A stretch of 64,000 bases of DNA from Halobacteriaceae archaeon (lineage in GTDB: Archaea > Halobacteriota > Halobacteria > Halobacteriales > Halobacteriaceae): assembly GCA_042216675.1 (NCBI GenBank), contig JBDGTS010000020.1, forward strand, positions 1-64,000, in the 5' to 3' direction. A model generated the notes under the pieces. The model saw nothing but the letters and a program-made list of their open reading frames with translations. It was not told the origin of the DNA and searched no databases. Positions 8,783-18,647 of this stretch are shown in pieces (the first letter of the stretch is position 1; the number at the start of each line of letters is the position of its first letter). Both the position numbers and the translations under genes were made by a program.

Positions 8783-11745
8783 GTTTTCTCGCTGACCGGC
8801 GTGGCCGAGTGCCGTTCGCGCTCCTCGGGGTGGTGTTGCTCGTCGGGAGTGTCACGTTCGCCGGCGTCGTGAGTCAGCGCTCGCCCGTCGACGTCGACTC
8901 ACGGGCGGCGACAGTCCATCACGAGGCGAGCGCCACGGCCCGGTCGGCGCTCGTCACGGCGACGGAGCGGGCGGCCCACGCGGCGGCGCGAGCGCCCGTC
9001 GTCGATCCCGCAAACACGAGTTTCGGGCGCGTCATCAACGACTCGACGCCGTTCCGAGACGCGCTCCGAATACGCATCTACCGGCAGGCGCAGCGGGCCT
9101 TCGCCAACATCTCGCCGACCCGCGGAGACGTGGGCGGGACCGTCTCGCTTCCCGCGGTCGAGACGCCGGCCGACCTGCGACGCGCGAAGCGCCGCGTCGG
9201 CCTCGAGCGCCTGAACCGGACGCGAATCGCAGTCACCGTACAGAACGTGACGCTCTCGGTTCGACGGGGGAACCGAACCGTCGAGCGAACCACTCTGTCG
9301 CCGACTGTCGTCGTCCGGTCGCCGGTCCTCTCGCTGTCCGAGCGAGTGCGGGCGTTCGAGGAGAAACTGAACGGAAGCGGCCTCGATCGCCGCCTGACCG
9401 CGAATCTGTACGCGATGGCGTGGGCGCGGGGCTACGCCCAGTACGGCGGCGCCCCCATCGCCAACGTTCTCGGGACGCGCCACGTCGGTTTGGCGACGAA
9501 CGCAGGCGTCCTCGACGTCCAGCGAGCGGTGTTTGGGCGCGCCGACCCGCGCGGCCGGGCGGCGCTCACCCGCGCGGCGCTCAGGGTCGGGGCCACGGAC
9601 CTGCTGGCCGGCGTGAGCGCGGCGAACTGGACGAACGCGGTCCTCTCGCCGGGGGACGTCGCGGACGCGGCGACGCCGGATCCCTTGCCGAGCGACGCCG
9701 CGTCGGTAGCCGCGTCGAGGACGACGACGACCGGTGTCAACGCGACGGCGGACCGGGCCTTCAGCGATTTCCTCACCGGACGGAGCGGGCCTCCACTCGA
9801 AGCGGTCATCGACGACGTGTACGAGGCCGACGTGCGTCTCGCGTCGCGAACGGAAGTGGTCGAGCGGCGCCAGCAGACGTCTGGGACCGAGCCGGACGGG
9901 TGGCGCCTCGTGAACACCACCCGGCGCGTGAACCGAACGTGGACCCAAATCGCCGACGCGCGCCCCGCGACTGGCGGTGACGACCACGCGCTGAAAACGT
10001 ACGCGTGGCGAGTCACGCGAACCCAGCGCGCGACGCGGACGTGGCGCGACGGCGACCGGACCCGCGAGACGACGACCACGACGCGGACAGAGCGCCGAGT
10101 GGTGGTCAGCGTCGTCGGAAATCACGCCACGACGCCGCACGCCCCGAATCTGGGCATCAGCGGCGCTCACGAGACCGGTGGCCCGTTGGGTGGCCAAAAC
10201 TTCGCGGGCGTCACGGACCGCGCAGTGACGCGGCTGGTGACAGACCGCGGCGGTCCCCGTTCGATCGCTCGCCGCGCCGTCGAGGGGACGCTGAACACCT
10301 CGACCGTCTCGATGTCAGTGCCGACGCCCGACGGCCTCCGCGACTGGGTGTACCGGGACCTGCGCACCCTTCGCGAGACGGCCCGAAACGTCTCCATCGA
10401 AACTGAGCGTGGGGCGCTTCCCGGCACGAACGTGATGAGGACGCTGGCGTCCCGATTCGAGGAGCGGCGTGCGGCGCTCGCGGCCGTCCCCGACGCGTAC
10501 GGGAGCGTGGCCGAGAAAGCACGAGTCGCCGCCCGCAGTGCCTATCTCGACGCGCTGAGCCGGCGGCTCGACGCCCGCGCGGCCGCCGCACGCGAGGCGG
10601 ACTCGACTCTCGACGACGCACTCTCGTCGGCAGGTGTGACCGACCGGAACGTGACTGCCCTCCTGCGAGCGGCGGCGAAATCGACCCCGAAATCTGCGAC
10701 GGGGGTTACCGTCGCCGGCGCACCGGCGTATCTCACCACTACCGAGGTGACGCCGGCGCAGTCACCCGTCGTGACGCGGGCGACGCATCCGCTGGTGACC
10801 GAGAACCACAATCTGTTCGCGGTGCCATACGGCGACGCGGCGAGCGAAGTCGCCAGCGCAGTCGTGGACGGCGCCGGGGGTGTGTCGCTCCACACCGGCG
10901 CCACGGTCCTGCGCGCCGCGAACCGGACGCCGGCGAGCGCCGGGACCGCGAGCGAGAGGGGAGAGCGGCTCCGCGACGCGGTGGCAAGCGTGACGAACGA
11001 GATGCACACGACGATGGTGGACGCGCTGACCCGTGGCCCAGCGAACGTCTCGTCCAGTGTGGCCGCCAGCGCCGTGACGGCGGGGCTGGCACGCTGGAAC
11101 ACCACACACGCCAGAGCGCTGGCGGCGACGAACGGATCGCTGGCCGACGCCGTCGCGGACGAGGTGACGGCGCGCGTCGAGGCCGATCCGACGGCGCAGG
11201 ACCGCCGGCGACTTCACCTCCGCCTCGCACTCCGGGCGGCGGCGCGGAACGCCTCGGTCCCTCGCGAACTAGTCGCGAACGCAAGCGACAGGACTCGACG
11301 GGCCGCACGCGCGCTACTCGCGCAGGGCATCCAGAACGGCGTCCAGAGAGGCGCCGCGGTCGCGGGCGCGTCGCTGTCCGCGATACCGGCGGGTCTGCCG
11401 GTGACGCCGGTCCCCGGCTACTGGTGGACGACCGCGAACGCGTGGACGGTCGAAGTTCGGGGTCAGTACCAGCGATTCGCCGTCTCTGCGCCGGCGGGGA
11501 GCCCCGTGCCGGCGTCGAATATCACCCTCGTCCGCGAGAACCAGACGGTATCACTCGACGTCGACGGCGATGGGGATTCCGAACGGCTCGGGCACAATCG
11601 CCCCATCTCCTTCGCGGCGTCGACGACCGTCGTCGTCGCCGTGCCGCCGGGCGGAACAGGTGTCGGTGACGTGAACGGCGTGGCCGTCGAACGGTCACCG
11701 GGGTGGCCCCGTCCCGGCCCGACCGCAGGGCGTCAGGGTCTTTGA
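8779..11745 (+). CDS. Large (~990 aa) pilin-like/adhesin-like secreted protein
   Basis: GTGA overlap; DRRG|RVPFALLGVVLLVG signal; many N-x-S/T sequons. Confidence 0.7.
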   Translation: MSFLADRRGRVPFALLGVVLLVGSVTFAGVVSQRSPVDVDSRAATVHHEASATARSALVTATERAAHAAARAPVVDPANTSFGRVINDSTPFRDALRIRIYRQAQRAFANISPTRGDVGGTVSLPAVETPADLRRAKRRVGLERLNRTRIAVTVQNVTLSVRRGNRTVERTTLSPTVVVRSPVLSLSERVRAFEEKLNGSGLDRRLTANLYAMAWARGYAQYGGAPIANVLGTRHVGLATNAGVLDVQRAVFGRADPRGRAALTRAALRVGATDLLAGVSAANWTNAVLSPGDVADAATPDPLPSDAASVAASRTTTTGVNATADRAFSDFLTGRSGPPLEAVIDDVYEADVRLASRTEVVERRQQTSGTEPDGWRLVNTTRRVNRTWTQIADARPATGGDDHALKTYAWRVTRTQRATRTWRDGDRTRETTTTTRTERRVVVSVVGNHATTPHAPNLGISGAHETGGPLGGQNFAGVTDRAVTRLVTDRGGPRSIARRAVEGTLNTSTVSMSVPTPDGLRDWVYRDLRTLRETARNVSIETERGALPGTNVMRTLASRFEERRAALAAVPDAYGSVAEKARVAARSAYLDALSRRLDARAAAAREADSTLDDALSSAGVTDRNVTALLRAAAKSTPKSATGVTVAGAPAYLTTTEVTPAQSPVVTRATHPLVTENHNLFAVPYGDAASEVASAVVDGAGGVSLHTGATVLRAANRTPASAGTASERGERLRDAVASVTNEMHTTMVDALTRGPANVSSSVAASAVTAGLARWNTTHARALAATNGSLADAVADEVTARVEADPTAQDRRRLHLRLALRAAARNASVPRELVANASDRTRRAARALLAQGIQNGVQRGAAVAGASLSAIPAGLPVTPVPGYWWTTANAWTVEVRGQYQRFAVSAPAGSPVPASNITLVRENQTVSLDVDGDGDSERLGHNRPISFAASTTVVVAVPPGGTGVGDVNGVAVERSPGWPRPGPTAGRQGL

Positions 11746-11767
11746 CGCCGAGTTCCGACTAGGAAGC

Positions 11768-12196
11768 ATGCTCCACGAAGACGTCGAGGACGCAGACGAC
11801 ATCACCGCCGCGGACCTTCGGCGGCGGTACGAGCGGGCCGTCGCAGGCGCCGTGGAAGCGGCGGGCATCGAACGCGCCGCCGAGGAAACCGGCGTCGAGG
11901 CGGACCGACTGGAAGCACTCCTCGCCGAGGAGGCGGTCGACCTGACGATGGAAGAAGCCGCCGCGGCCCTCGCGCTGAGCGACGACTACCCGGACGCCGA
12001 GAGCATCCTGCTCGAAGTGCGCGACAGCGTGATGCTCGGGATGAGTTCGGCCGTGCTGGACGTGGACGCGCTCGCGGCGGACCTCCCCGAACTGGGTCCG
12101 CGCGAGATTCAGCAGAAAATCGAGGGCCGCCAGCCGATGACGCTCGACGAGTACGCCCGCATCAACCACCTCATCACGGTCCGGAACCCGTACTGA
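11768..12196 (+). CDS. Conserved haloarchaeal protein (DUF5791-like, HTH-like)
   Basis: Acidic; LLGMSSAVLDV-type and EIQQKIEGRQPMTLDEYA motifs. Confidence 0.65.
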   Translation: MLHEDVEDADDITAADLRRRYERAVAGAVEAAGIERAAEETGVEADRLEALLAEEAVDLTMEEAAAALALSDDYPDAESILLEVRDSVMLGMSSAVLDVDALAADLPELGPREIQQKIEGRQPMTLDEYARINHLITVRNPY

Positions 12197-12235
12197 GAGC
12201 GCGTCACTCAAATCCCTCCATCCGGTAGCGGGCGT

Positions 12236-13315
12236 ATGGCAACGCCCGAGGCGTCCCACGCGTACCGCGAGCGGCACGCCGACCGCGGCTTCGCCCGCAC
12301 GTACTTCCGGCGGGCGGCCGACTGCGCCGTGTCGAGCGTCGGCCTCGGCACAGCGGGCGACGGCGACGACGACGCCCTCCGAGACGCACTCGTCTGCGGA
12401 CTGGAGAACGGCATCAACGTCGTGGACACGGCGTCGAACTACCGCGACGGGCGCGCCGAGCGAATCGTCGGCGACGCAATCGACGAGGCGGATGTGGACC
12501 GCGAAGCCGTGTTCCTCGCGACGAAAGGGGGCTTCGTCCCGTTCGAGGGCGAACGCCCTGCCGACCCCGGCGCGTTCGTCCGGCGGGAGTACCTCGACGG
12601 CGGCCCCCTCGACCACGCCGACCTCGCGCAGGGCCGCCACGCCCTCGACCCGGAGTTCCTCGGCGCGCAACTGAGTCGCTCGCTCGACGCACTGGGCGTC
12701 GACACGATCGACTGTTACTACGTCCACGAACCCGAGGTGCAACTGACCGAGCGGTCCCGCGAGGCCGTCTACGACCAGTTGGAGGACGCCTTCACGCTGC
12801 TCGAGGAGCGCGTGTCGCGGGGCGACATCCGGGGCTACGGCGTCGCGACGTGGGACGCGTTCCGGGTGCCGCCGGACCACGACCAGTACCTCTCGCTCAG
12901 AGAAATCGTCGCCCGGGCGCGGCGCTCGGCGGACCGCGTCGGCGCCGACCGCACCCACTTCCGGGCGATTCAGGTGCCGTTCAACGTGGAGATGGCCGAC
13001 GCCTTCACCGTCGCGGCCCACGAGGGCGCCGAGGAAACGCAGTCGGCGCTGTGGTTCGCTCGGGACGCCGACATCGACGTGTTCGCGAGCGCCAGCCTCG
13101 GGGGCGGGTCACTGGCCGACGGCCTGCCGCCGGCAGTGGCGTCACGGCTGGCCGGCGACACCGAGGCTCAGCGGGCCATCAACTTCACGCGGAGCGCACC
13201 CGGCGTCACGGCCGCGCTGGTCGGAACGAGCGAACAGGGACACGTCAGAGAGAACGTCGCGGCGGGCACGTTCGAGCCGCTCGGGTCGGCGGCCTTCGAC
13301 GCGATTTTCGAGTAG
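12236..13315 (+). CDS. Aldo/keto reductase
   Basis: SSVGLGT, DTASNY, ATKGG, IDCYYVHEP, QVPFN, ALVG motifs. Confidence 0.88.
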   Translation: MATPEASHAYRERHADRGFARTYFRRAADCAVSSVGLGTAGDGDDDALRDALVCGLENGINVVDTASNYRDGRAERIVGDAIDEADVDREAVFLATKGGFVPFEGERPADPGAFVRREYLDGGPLDHADLAQGRHALDPEFLGAQLSRSLDALGVDTIDCYYVHEPEVQLTERSREAVYDQLEDAFTLLEERVSRGDIRGYGVATWDAFRVPPDHDQYLSLREIVARARRSADRVGADRTHFRAIQVPFNVEMADAFTVAAHEGAEETQSALWFARDADIDVFASASLGGGSLADGLPPAVASRLAGDTEAQRAINFTRSAPGVTAALVGTSEQGHVRENVAAGTFEPLGSAAFDAIFE

Positions 13316-13483
13316 TCAGAGCTGCTTCCACTTCTGACCGCACTCCGGGCAGACCCGAACCGAGAACACCTCGTCCGGTTCGTTCTCCGTGCTGAGTTCG
13401 GCGCCACAGTCCGCACAGACGAGACGGTCGTAGGTGTCCTTCTCGAGGTCACCGGCGCGAAGCCCCTTCCGTACTGAGTCCAT
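13316..13483 (-). CDS. Small CPxCG zinc-finger protein (HVO_0758-like), 55 aa
   Basis: MDSVRKGLRAGDLEKDTYDRLVCADCG...VCPECGQKWKQL with two CxxC motifs. Confidence 0.8.
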   Translation of the reverse strand: MDSVRKGLRAGDLEKDTYDRLVCADCGAELSTENEPDEVFSVRVCPECGQKWKQL

Positions 13484-13564
13484 GCGTCGGACTTCGACAG
13501 CGGCCGGTAAAAACCTCCGGGGAGCGGTCACAAGAGATTTTCCCGCGGAGCCGTTGCCGTTGGC

Positions 13565-14665
13565 ATGGACTACACGCAGGAGCGGGTGGCGACGCTCCAC
13601 GACTACGGGGACGCCGACCCCGACGTGGCGCTGGACCGCGTCACGGTGGTGGTCCCGATGACGGAACGTGAGTACGCGGGGCTGGCGGCGGAGGGCGTCC
13701 TCGCGGAACTCGAACGCCTCGACCCCGGCCGCGTCGTCGTCCCCCTGCGCGCACCGCCCGAGGACGTCGGGGCCTTCGCCGACTGGCTCGACACCTTCTC
13801 GCTCCCCCTCGACGTGCTGTGGTGCTCGGGTCCGCGCGTCGAGGAACTGCTCGACGCCCACGGCCTCGACGGCGAACAGGGGAAGGGCCGCGACGTGTGG
13901 CTGGGCCTCGGACAGGCCGACCGGGACTTCGTGGTCCTCCACGACGCCGACACCGAGAGCTACGAGGCCCGCGACGTACGGAAACTCGCCTACCCGCTCA
14001 CCGAGGGGTTCGACTTCGCGAAGGGGTACTACGCTCGCGTCGAGCACCAGCGCCTCTACGGGCGGCTCTGTCGCCTCCTCTACGAACCGCTGCTGGCGGC
14101 GCTCGCGGACCGCCACGACCACGACGTGGTGGACTATCTCGGCGCGTTCCGCTACGCCCTCGCCGGGGAGTGCGCGATGACGACGGACCTCGCGCACTCG
14201 GTGCGCGTCCAGCGACAGTGGGGCCTCGAAGTCGGAACGCTCGGTGAGGTGTTCGCGCACGCCGGTCCGGACGCCGCCGCGCAGGTCGATTTGGGCTTCT
14301 ACGAACACGACCACCGCGCGGTCAGCGGGCCCGCCGGCCTCGAAGACATGAGCCGGGGGGTCGCGGCCGCGGCGCTCCGCGCCGTCACGGAGGCGGGCGT
14401 CGAACTCGACTACGACGCGCTCCGGGACGCGTACCGCGAGGCTGCGGGCCGCTTCGTCCGAGGCTACGCCGCCGACGCGGGCTTCAACGGCTTCGACTAC
14501 GACCGGTCGGCCGAGGAGAAACAGGTAGAGCGGTATGCCGGTGCCGTCGCCCCGCCCGGCCCGGACACGCGCCTGCCGGCGTGGCGCCACACGGGCCTCG
14601 ACCCGGCCACCGTCCGGGAGGCGGCGCGGGCGGACCTCGCCGCGGCCCGCGAGGGGGAACGCTGA
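13565..14665 (+). CDS. GT-A glycosyltransferase, glucosyl-3-phosphoglycerate-synthase-like
   Basis: GKGRDVW, LHDAD (DxD), FAKGYY, GRLCRL, YALAGE, WGLEVG, YEHDH. Confidence 0.75.
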   Translation: MDYTQERVATLHDYGDADPDVALDRVTVVVPMTEREYAGLAAEGVLAELERLDPGRVVVPLRAPPEDVGAFADWLDTFSLPLDVLWCSGPRVEELLDAHGLDGEQGKGRDVWLGLGQADRDFVVLHDADTESYEARDVRKLAYPLTEGFDFAKGYYARVEHQRLYGRLCRLLYEPLLAALADRHDHDVVDYLGAFRYALAGECAMTTDLAHSVRVQRQWGLEVGTLGEVFAHAGPDAAAQVDLGFYEHDHRAVSGPAGLEDMSRGVAAAALRAVTEAGVELDYDALRDAYREAAGRFVRGYAADAGFNGFDYDRSAEEKQVERYAGAVAPPGPDTRLPAWRHTGLDPATVREAARADLAAAREGER

Positions 14666-14690
14666 AGCGCACGGCCGCCCGAGCCGAGGT

Positions 14691-15146
14691 ATGCACTTCG
14701 ACGGGGACGACGTGGCTGGCGTCGTGGACCTGTTCGGCGCCCTCACCCGCGACGAACTCGGCCGAGCGCTGGGCGAACTCGCCTTCCGGGCCGGCGGGGA
14801 CGACGACCCGGATGCACACGCCGACGCCATCGACGAGGCGGTGGCCGACTACTTCCTCGTGGCCGTCGACGACGGCGAGGAACTGCTCGTCCCGGGTCCG
14901 GTCGCGTTCCCGAATCTCCCCGAGGGCGCGGCGGACCTCCCCCACATCCTCGACGTGCCCGAGCGCTCGGTGGACCGCGACGCCGCGGCCGAACGGGTCC
15001 GAGAGCGCCTGCGCGAGGAGGCCGAAACCGTCGCGGAACGCGGCGACTCCGAGCGGGCGGCGACGCTGCTGAACGTCACCTACGACGCCGAGGCGTGGGC
15101 CGCCCTCGACCTGAGTGACGTGCGCGACGCCCTCGACGGTGCGTGA
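14691..15146 (+). CDS. Conserved haloarchaeal hypothetical protein
   Basis: Acidic ORF MHFDGDDVAGVVDLFGALTR...; typical codon usage. Confidence 0.7.
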   Translation: MHFDGDDVAGVVDLFGALTRDELGRALGELAFRAGGDDDPDAHADAIDEAVADYFLVAVDDGEELLVPGPVAFPNLPEGAADLPHILDVPERSVDRDAAAERVRERLREEAETVAERGDSERAATLLNVTYDAEAWAALDLSDVRDALDGA

Positions 15147-15186
15147 CCCCGAGAGCCTTAAGGGCCGCCGTCCCGTCGCTCCGGAC

Positions 15187-15768
15187 ATGGACCTGTCGCG
15201 GGTCGCGGCCCACGAGTCGACGACGCGGTCGGGCGCGACCCGTGACGCCGCCGTCCTCGTGCCCGTCGTCCGCCGCGACGGCGGCGACGCCCTCCTGTTC
15301 ACGAAGCGCGCAGACCACCTCGGAGAACACGCGGGCGAGATGAGTTTCCCCGGCGGTGGCCGAGAACCCGAAGACGGGGACCTGCGGGCGACGGCGCTTC
15401 GGGAGGCCGAGGAGGAAATCGGGCTTCGCCCCACCGAAGCGTCCGTCGTGGGAACGCTGGACGACATCTACACGGTCACCGACTACGCGGTCCGGCCCTT
15501 CGTCGGCACGATTCCGGACCGGAGATACACCCCCCACGAGAACGAGGTGGCCGAAATCGCCGTCATCGACGTGGCGGACCTGCTCGACCCCGCGAACTAC
15601 GAGGCCGACGAGCGAGTCCACCCCGAGTACGGCGAGGTGCACATCGACTACTTCCACGTCGGCGACTACACCGTCTGGGGCGCGACGGGGCGCATCCTCG
15701 CGCAGTTGCTCGGCGTCGCCGCCGGGTGGTCGCGTCCGACCGGCGCGACCCGGGAGGGCGACGCGTGA
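15187..15768 (+). CDS. Nudix hydrolase, CoA pyrophosphatase type
   Basis: LLFTKR...HAGEMSFPGG (NuCoA motif), Nudix box ALREAEEEIG, VWGATG; CTTAAG ~28 nt upstream. Confidence 0.9.
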   Translation: MDLSRVAAHESTTRSGATRDAAVLVPVVRRDGGDALLFTKRADHLGEHAGEMSFPGGGREPEDGDLRATALREAEEEIGLRPTEASVVGTLDDIYTVTDYAVRPFVGTIPDRRYTPHENEVAEIAVIDVADLLDPANYEADERVHPEYGEVHIDYFHVGDYTVWGATGRILAQLLGVAAGWSRPTGATREGDA

Positions 15769-16868
15769 CGCGCCGCGTCGCCGTCGTCGGCGCGGGCGCC
15801 GTCGGCGTCACCGCGGCCCACGACCTCGCGTCCCGCGGCGCCGACGTGACGGTGTTCGAGCGAGACGCGGTGGGCGCGGGAAGCACCGCGCGCGCCGCCG
15901 GCATCGCCTACCACGCCCACGCCGAGGACGTGGACGCCGCGGTCATGGAACGGGCAATCGAGCGCTTCCGCGCGCTCTCCGGCGAGGGCCGCTTCCGCTT
16001 CACCGAGACGCCGTACCTCTGGTTCGTCACCGAAGCGGACGCGACGGCCGACGCCCTCAGAGAACAGGTCGAGCGCATGGCCCACCACGGCTGTGACGCC
16101 TCGCTGGTCGACCCGAGCGACCTGCGCGCCCGGTTCCCGCAGTTGCACACCGACGACGTGCATCTCGCCGCCGTCGCTGAGACGGCGGGCGTCGCCGACC
16201 CCGACGCGTACGCGGCCCTGCTGGCGGCGAGGGCGCGGGACGCCGGCGCGGAGATTCGCGAGGGCGCGACGGCCGCGCTTCGGACCGATCCGGTTCGCGT
16301 CGTCGTGAACGGCGAGTCGGCGCGCTTCGACGACGTGGTCGTCGCCGCGGGGCCACACACTGCCCCGCTTCTCGGCGACGCGGGCTTCGACGTGCCCGTG
16401 GAACCGTACCGCGCGCAGGCCGTCCGCACGGCGGGCCCGGCGGTCCCCATCTTCTACGACGCCACCGACCGCTACTACGTGCGCCCGGACCGCGAGGGGT
16501 TGCTGGCCGGCGACGGCGCGGGCCCGACGACGCTCGACGACTGGGACCGGAACGCCGACGCCGAGACGGTGGCCGAACTGCGCGCCGCGATGGAGCATCG
16601 TCTCGTCAACTTCGACGCCGACATGCGCGACTCGTGGGCGGGCCTCTGCACGGCGACGCCGGACCGCGACCCCGTCCTCGGACGACTGGCTGAGGGCGTC
16701 CACGTCGCGGCCGGGTGGCACGGGAGCGGATTCATGCGCGCGCCGGCGACGGGCGAAGCGGTCGCTGAGAGCGTTCTCGACGGTGAGGGAGTTCCGGCGT
16801 TCGACCCGGCGCGCTTCGACGGCGGCGAGGCGGCGACGGTACCCCGCGGCATCGACGACGCGCGGTGA
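15765..16868 (+). CDS. FAD-dependent oxidoreductase (DAO/sarcosine oxidase beta-like)
   Basis: VVGAGAVG dinucleotide motif, GSTARAAG, TPDRDPVLG, GWHGSGFMRAP. Confidence 0.85.
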   Translation: MTRRVAVVGAGAVGVTAAHDLASRGADVTVFERDAVGAGSTARAAGIAYHAHAEDVDAAVMERAIERFRALSGEGRFRFTETPYLWFVTEADATADALREQVERMAHHGCDASLVDPSDLRARFPQLHTDDVHLAAVAETAGVADPDAYAALLAARARDAGAEIREGATAALRTDPVRVVVNGESARFDDVVVAAGPHTAPLLGDAGFDVPVEPYRAQAVRTAGPAVPIFYDATDRYYVRPDREGLLAGDGAGPTTLDDWDRNADAETVAELRAAMEHRLVNFDADMRDSWAGLCTATPDRDPVLGRLAEGVHVAAGWHGSGFMRAPATGEAVAESVLDGEGVPAFDPARFDGGEAATVPRGIDDAR

Positions 16869-17279
16869 CTACTCGACGTCGACGTCCCCGGCGCCGGCCT
16901 CGGACTCGACTTTCGGTAAGAAGACGTAGAGCGTGCCGTCGTCGCGGAGTTCGGCGCGGGCGCCGTCGGGGTCGACGACGGCGTCCGGCGGCAACTCGGC
17001 GCGCCCGTCGAGGGAGAGGCCCCGCCCCGGGACGACCGTCTCGTACTCCTCGCGGAACTCGCGGAAGCGGTCGATGGTGACGTGGACGGCGCCCCGGTCG
17101 TAGCGGACGTCCACGTCCGTCGCGGTGGCGCCCGGCGCGTCGAAGACGACGAGGAACTCGTCCGCGCTCTCCAACACGTCGGTGTCGACGCCGCGTTCCT
17201 CCTGAAAGCGGGCGGCGACGCGGCCGGCACGGCTGAGTACCGCGTCGGCGGCCGACCGCCCGAGTTCGGCGAGTCTCAT
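16869..17279 (-). CDS. Hsp20/alpha-crystallin family protein
   Basis: DVLESADEFLVVFDAPG...LP...ARAELRDDGTLYVFLPK. Confidence 0.8.
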   Translation of the reverse strand: MRLAELGRSAADAVLSRAGRVAARFQEERGVDTDVLESADEFLVVFDAPGATATDVDVRYDRGAVHVTIDRFREFREEYETVVPGRGLSLDGRAELPPDAVVDPDGARAELRDDGTLYVFLPKVESEAGAGDVDVE

Positions 17280-17434
17280 AGTTCGACCGCCTCGAGGCAG
17301 TCCGTGCCGCCGCAGTACGGGCACTGGAAGTCCGCGACGGTCACGTCGTCGGGCATGTCGTACGTGTAGTGCAACTCGAACATGTCGAGTTCGCAGTCCT
17401 CGGACGTACACACCACTTCGAGAGTCGCGGGCAT
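17276..17434 (-). CDS. Small CPxCG zinc-binding protein, 52 aa (not in ORF track)
   Basis: Manual translation MPATLEVVCTSEDCELDMFELHYTYDMPDDVTVADFQCPYCGGTDCLEAVEL*; ATGA overlap with the hsp20 gene. Confidence 0.75.
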   Translation of the reverse strand: MPATLEVVCTSEDCELDMFELHYTYDMPDDVTVADFQCPYCGGTDCLEAVEL

Positions 17435-17518
17435 ACCGGACACTTCCCGGCAGAGACAGATACCGTTTTCGCCGCCCGACGAAAGATTCTTGCGCGAAAC
17501 GCGCCCGAGTCACTGGTG

Positions 17519-18589
17519 ATGGGACTCCTCCGCCGTCTCGCGAAAGCACTGCTCGGGCTGACACTCCTCATCGGGATCGGCCTCGGCGGCGCGTACGCCG
17601 GCGGCATCATCGCGCCGCCCACGGCCGCCGTCGAGGACGTCGGCGACTGGGGCAACGTCACCGAGGACCGGACGGAAGTCGTCACGACGATTCAGGTCCA
17701 GAACCCGAACCCCGTCGGACTCTCGTATGGCGGCGTCGGGGCGGACTACACGCTGTACCTCAACGACGTGGCAGTCGCGAACGGGTCGAAGCAGGGCGTC
17801 GACATCAAGCCGGGCAACAACACCATCGAACTCACCACCTACATCCGGAACGAGAATCTTGGGCCGTGGTGGGCCAACTACGTCGAGAACAACGAGACCA
17901 TCACCACGCACGTCGACGGCCGGGCGCGGGTGTCGGTGGGACCGCTCTCGGGCGGCGTCGGCTTCCCGAACTTCGAGCGCACCCTCCAGTCGAACTCGAC
18001 CCCGGTCCGAGACGCGCTGACGGGCGCCGCGGCGAGCATGGAGGGGACGTACACTATCAACCGGAGCGTCTCCGTCGGCGGCTTCGAGCGGACGGTCACC
18101 GCGGGCTACGTCGTCGAACGCGGGTGGGCGACGTGGGGTGAGGCCACCGTGAACGAGACGACCGTGGTTTTCCACTACCGAATCCACAACCCCAGCCAGT
18201 CGGTCCCGGTCCCGGCGGTACCGGACGGCCTCGCCGCGACCATCGAGACGAACGACGTGGCCCTACTCAACGCCTCCGGCGACGAGTTCGAGGCGCGGAA
18301 CGTCGCCACGAACGCCACCATCGCGCCGGGCGAGACGCGCCACGTCGCCTTCGCGGTGCAGATGGACAACGACCGAGTGGACGACTGGTTCCGGAGCCAC
18401 GTCCGCAACGAGGAACTGACGCGGGTGGAGGCCCAGTTCCGGATGGTCTTCGACGTGCAGGGCCAGACCATCCGCGTCCCCCGGGACGGCGGCACCGCCT
18501 ACACCTGCCGGTTCCAGACTGGCATCCTCGTCGACGGGCAGGCCACCACCTCGACCTGCGGGCAGGAGGCGAGCGTCACCCCGGCCTGA
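17519..18589 (+). CDS. LEA_2/WHy domain membrane-anchored protein (two domains)
   Basis: N-terminal TM; VQNPNP and IHNPS motifs, YTLYLNDV.VANG, duplicated domain. Confidence 0.75.
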   Translation: MGLLRRLAKALLGLTLLIGIGLGGAYAGGIIAPPTAAVEDVGDWGNVTEDRTEVVTTIQVQNPNPVGLSYGGVGADYTLYLNDVAVANGSKQGVDIKPGNNTIELTTYIRNENLGPWWANYVENNETITTHVDGRARVSVGPLSGGVGFPNFERTLQSNSTPVRDALTGAAASMEGTYTINRSVSVGGFERTVTAGYVVERGWATWGEATVNETTVVFHYRIHNPSQSVPVPAVPDGLAATIETNDVALLNASGDEFEARNVATNATIAPGETRHVAFAVQMDNDRVDDWFRSHVRNEELTRVEAQFRMVFDVQGQTIRVPRDGGTAYTCRFQTGILVDGQATTSTCGQEASVTPA

Positions 18590-18647
18590 AACCGGAAAGT
18601 CATCCCGGGACCGGGACGACTTTTTGACAGAGTGCGTATGAACAGGT

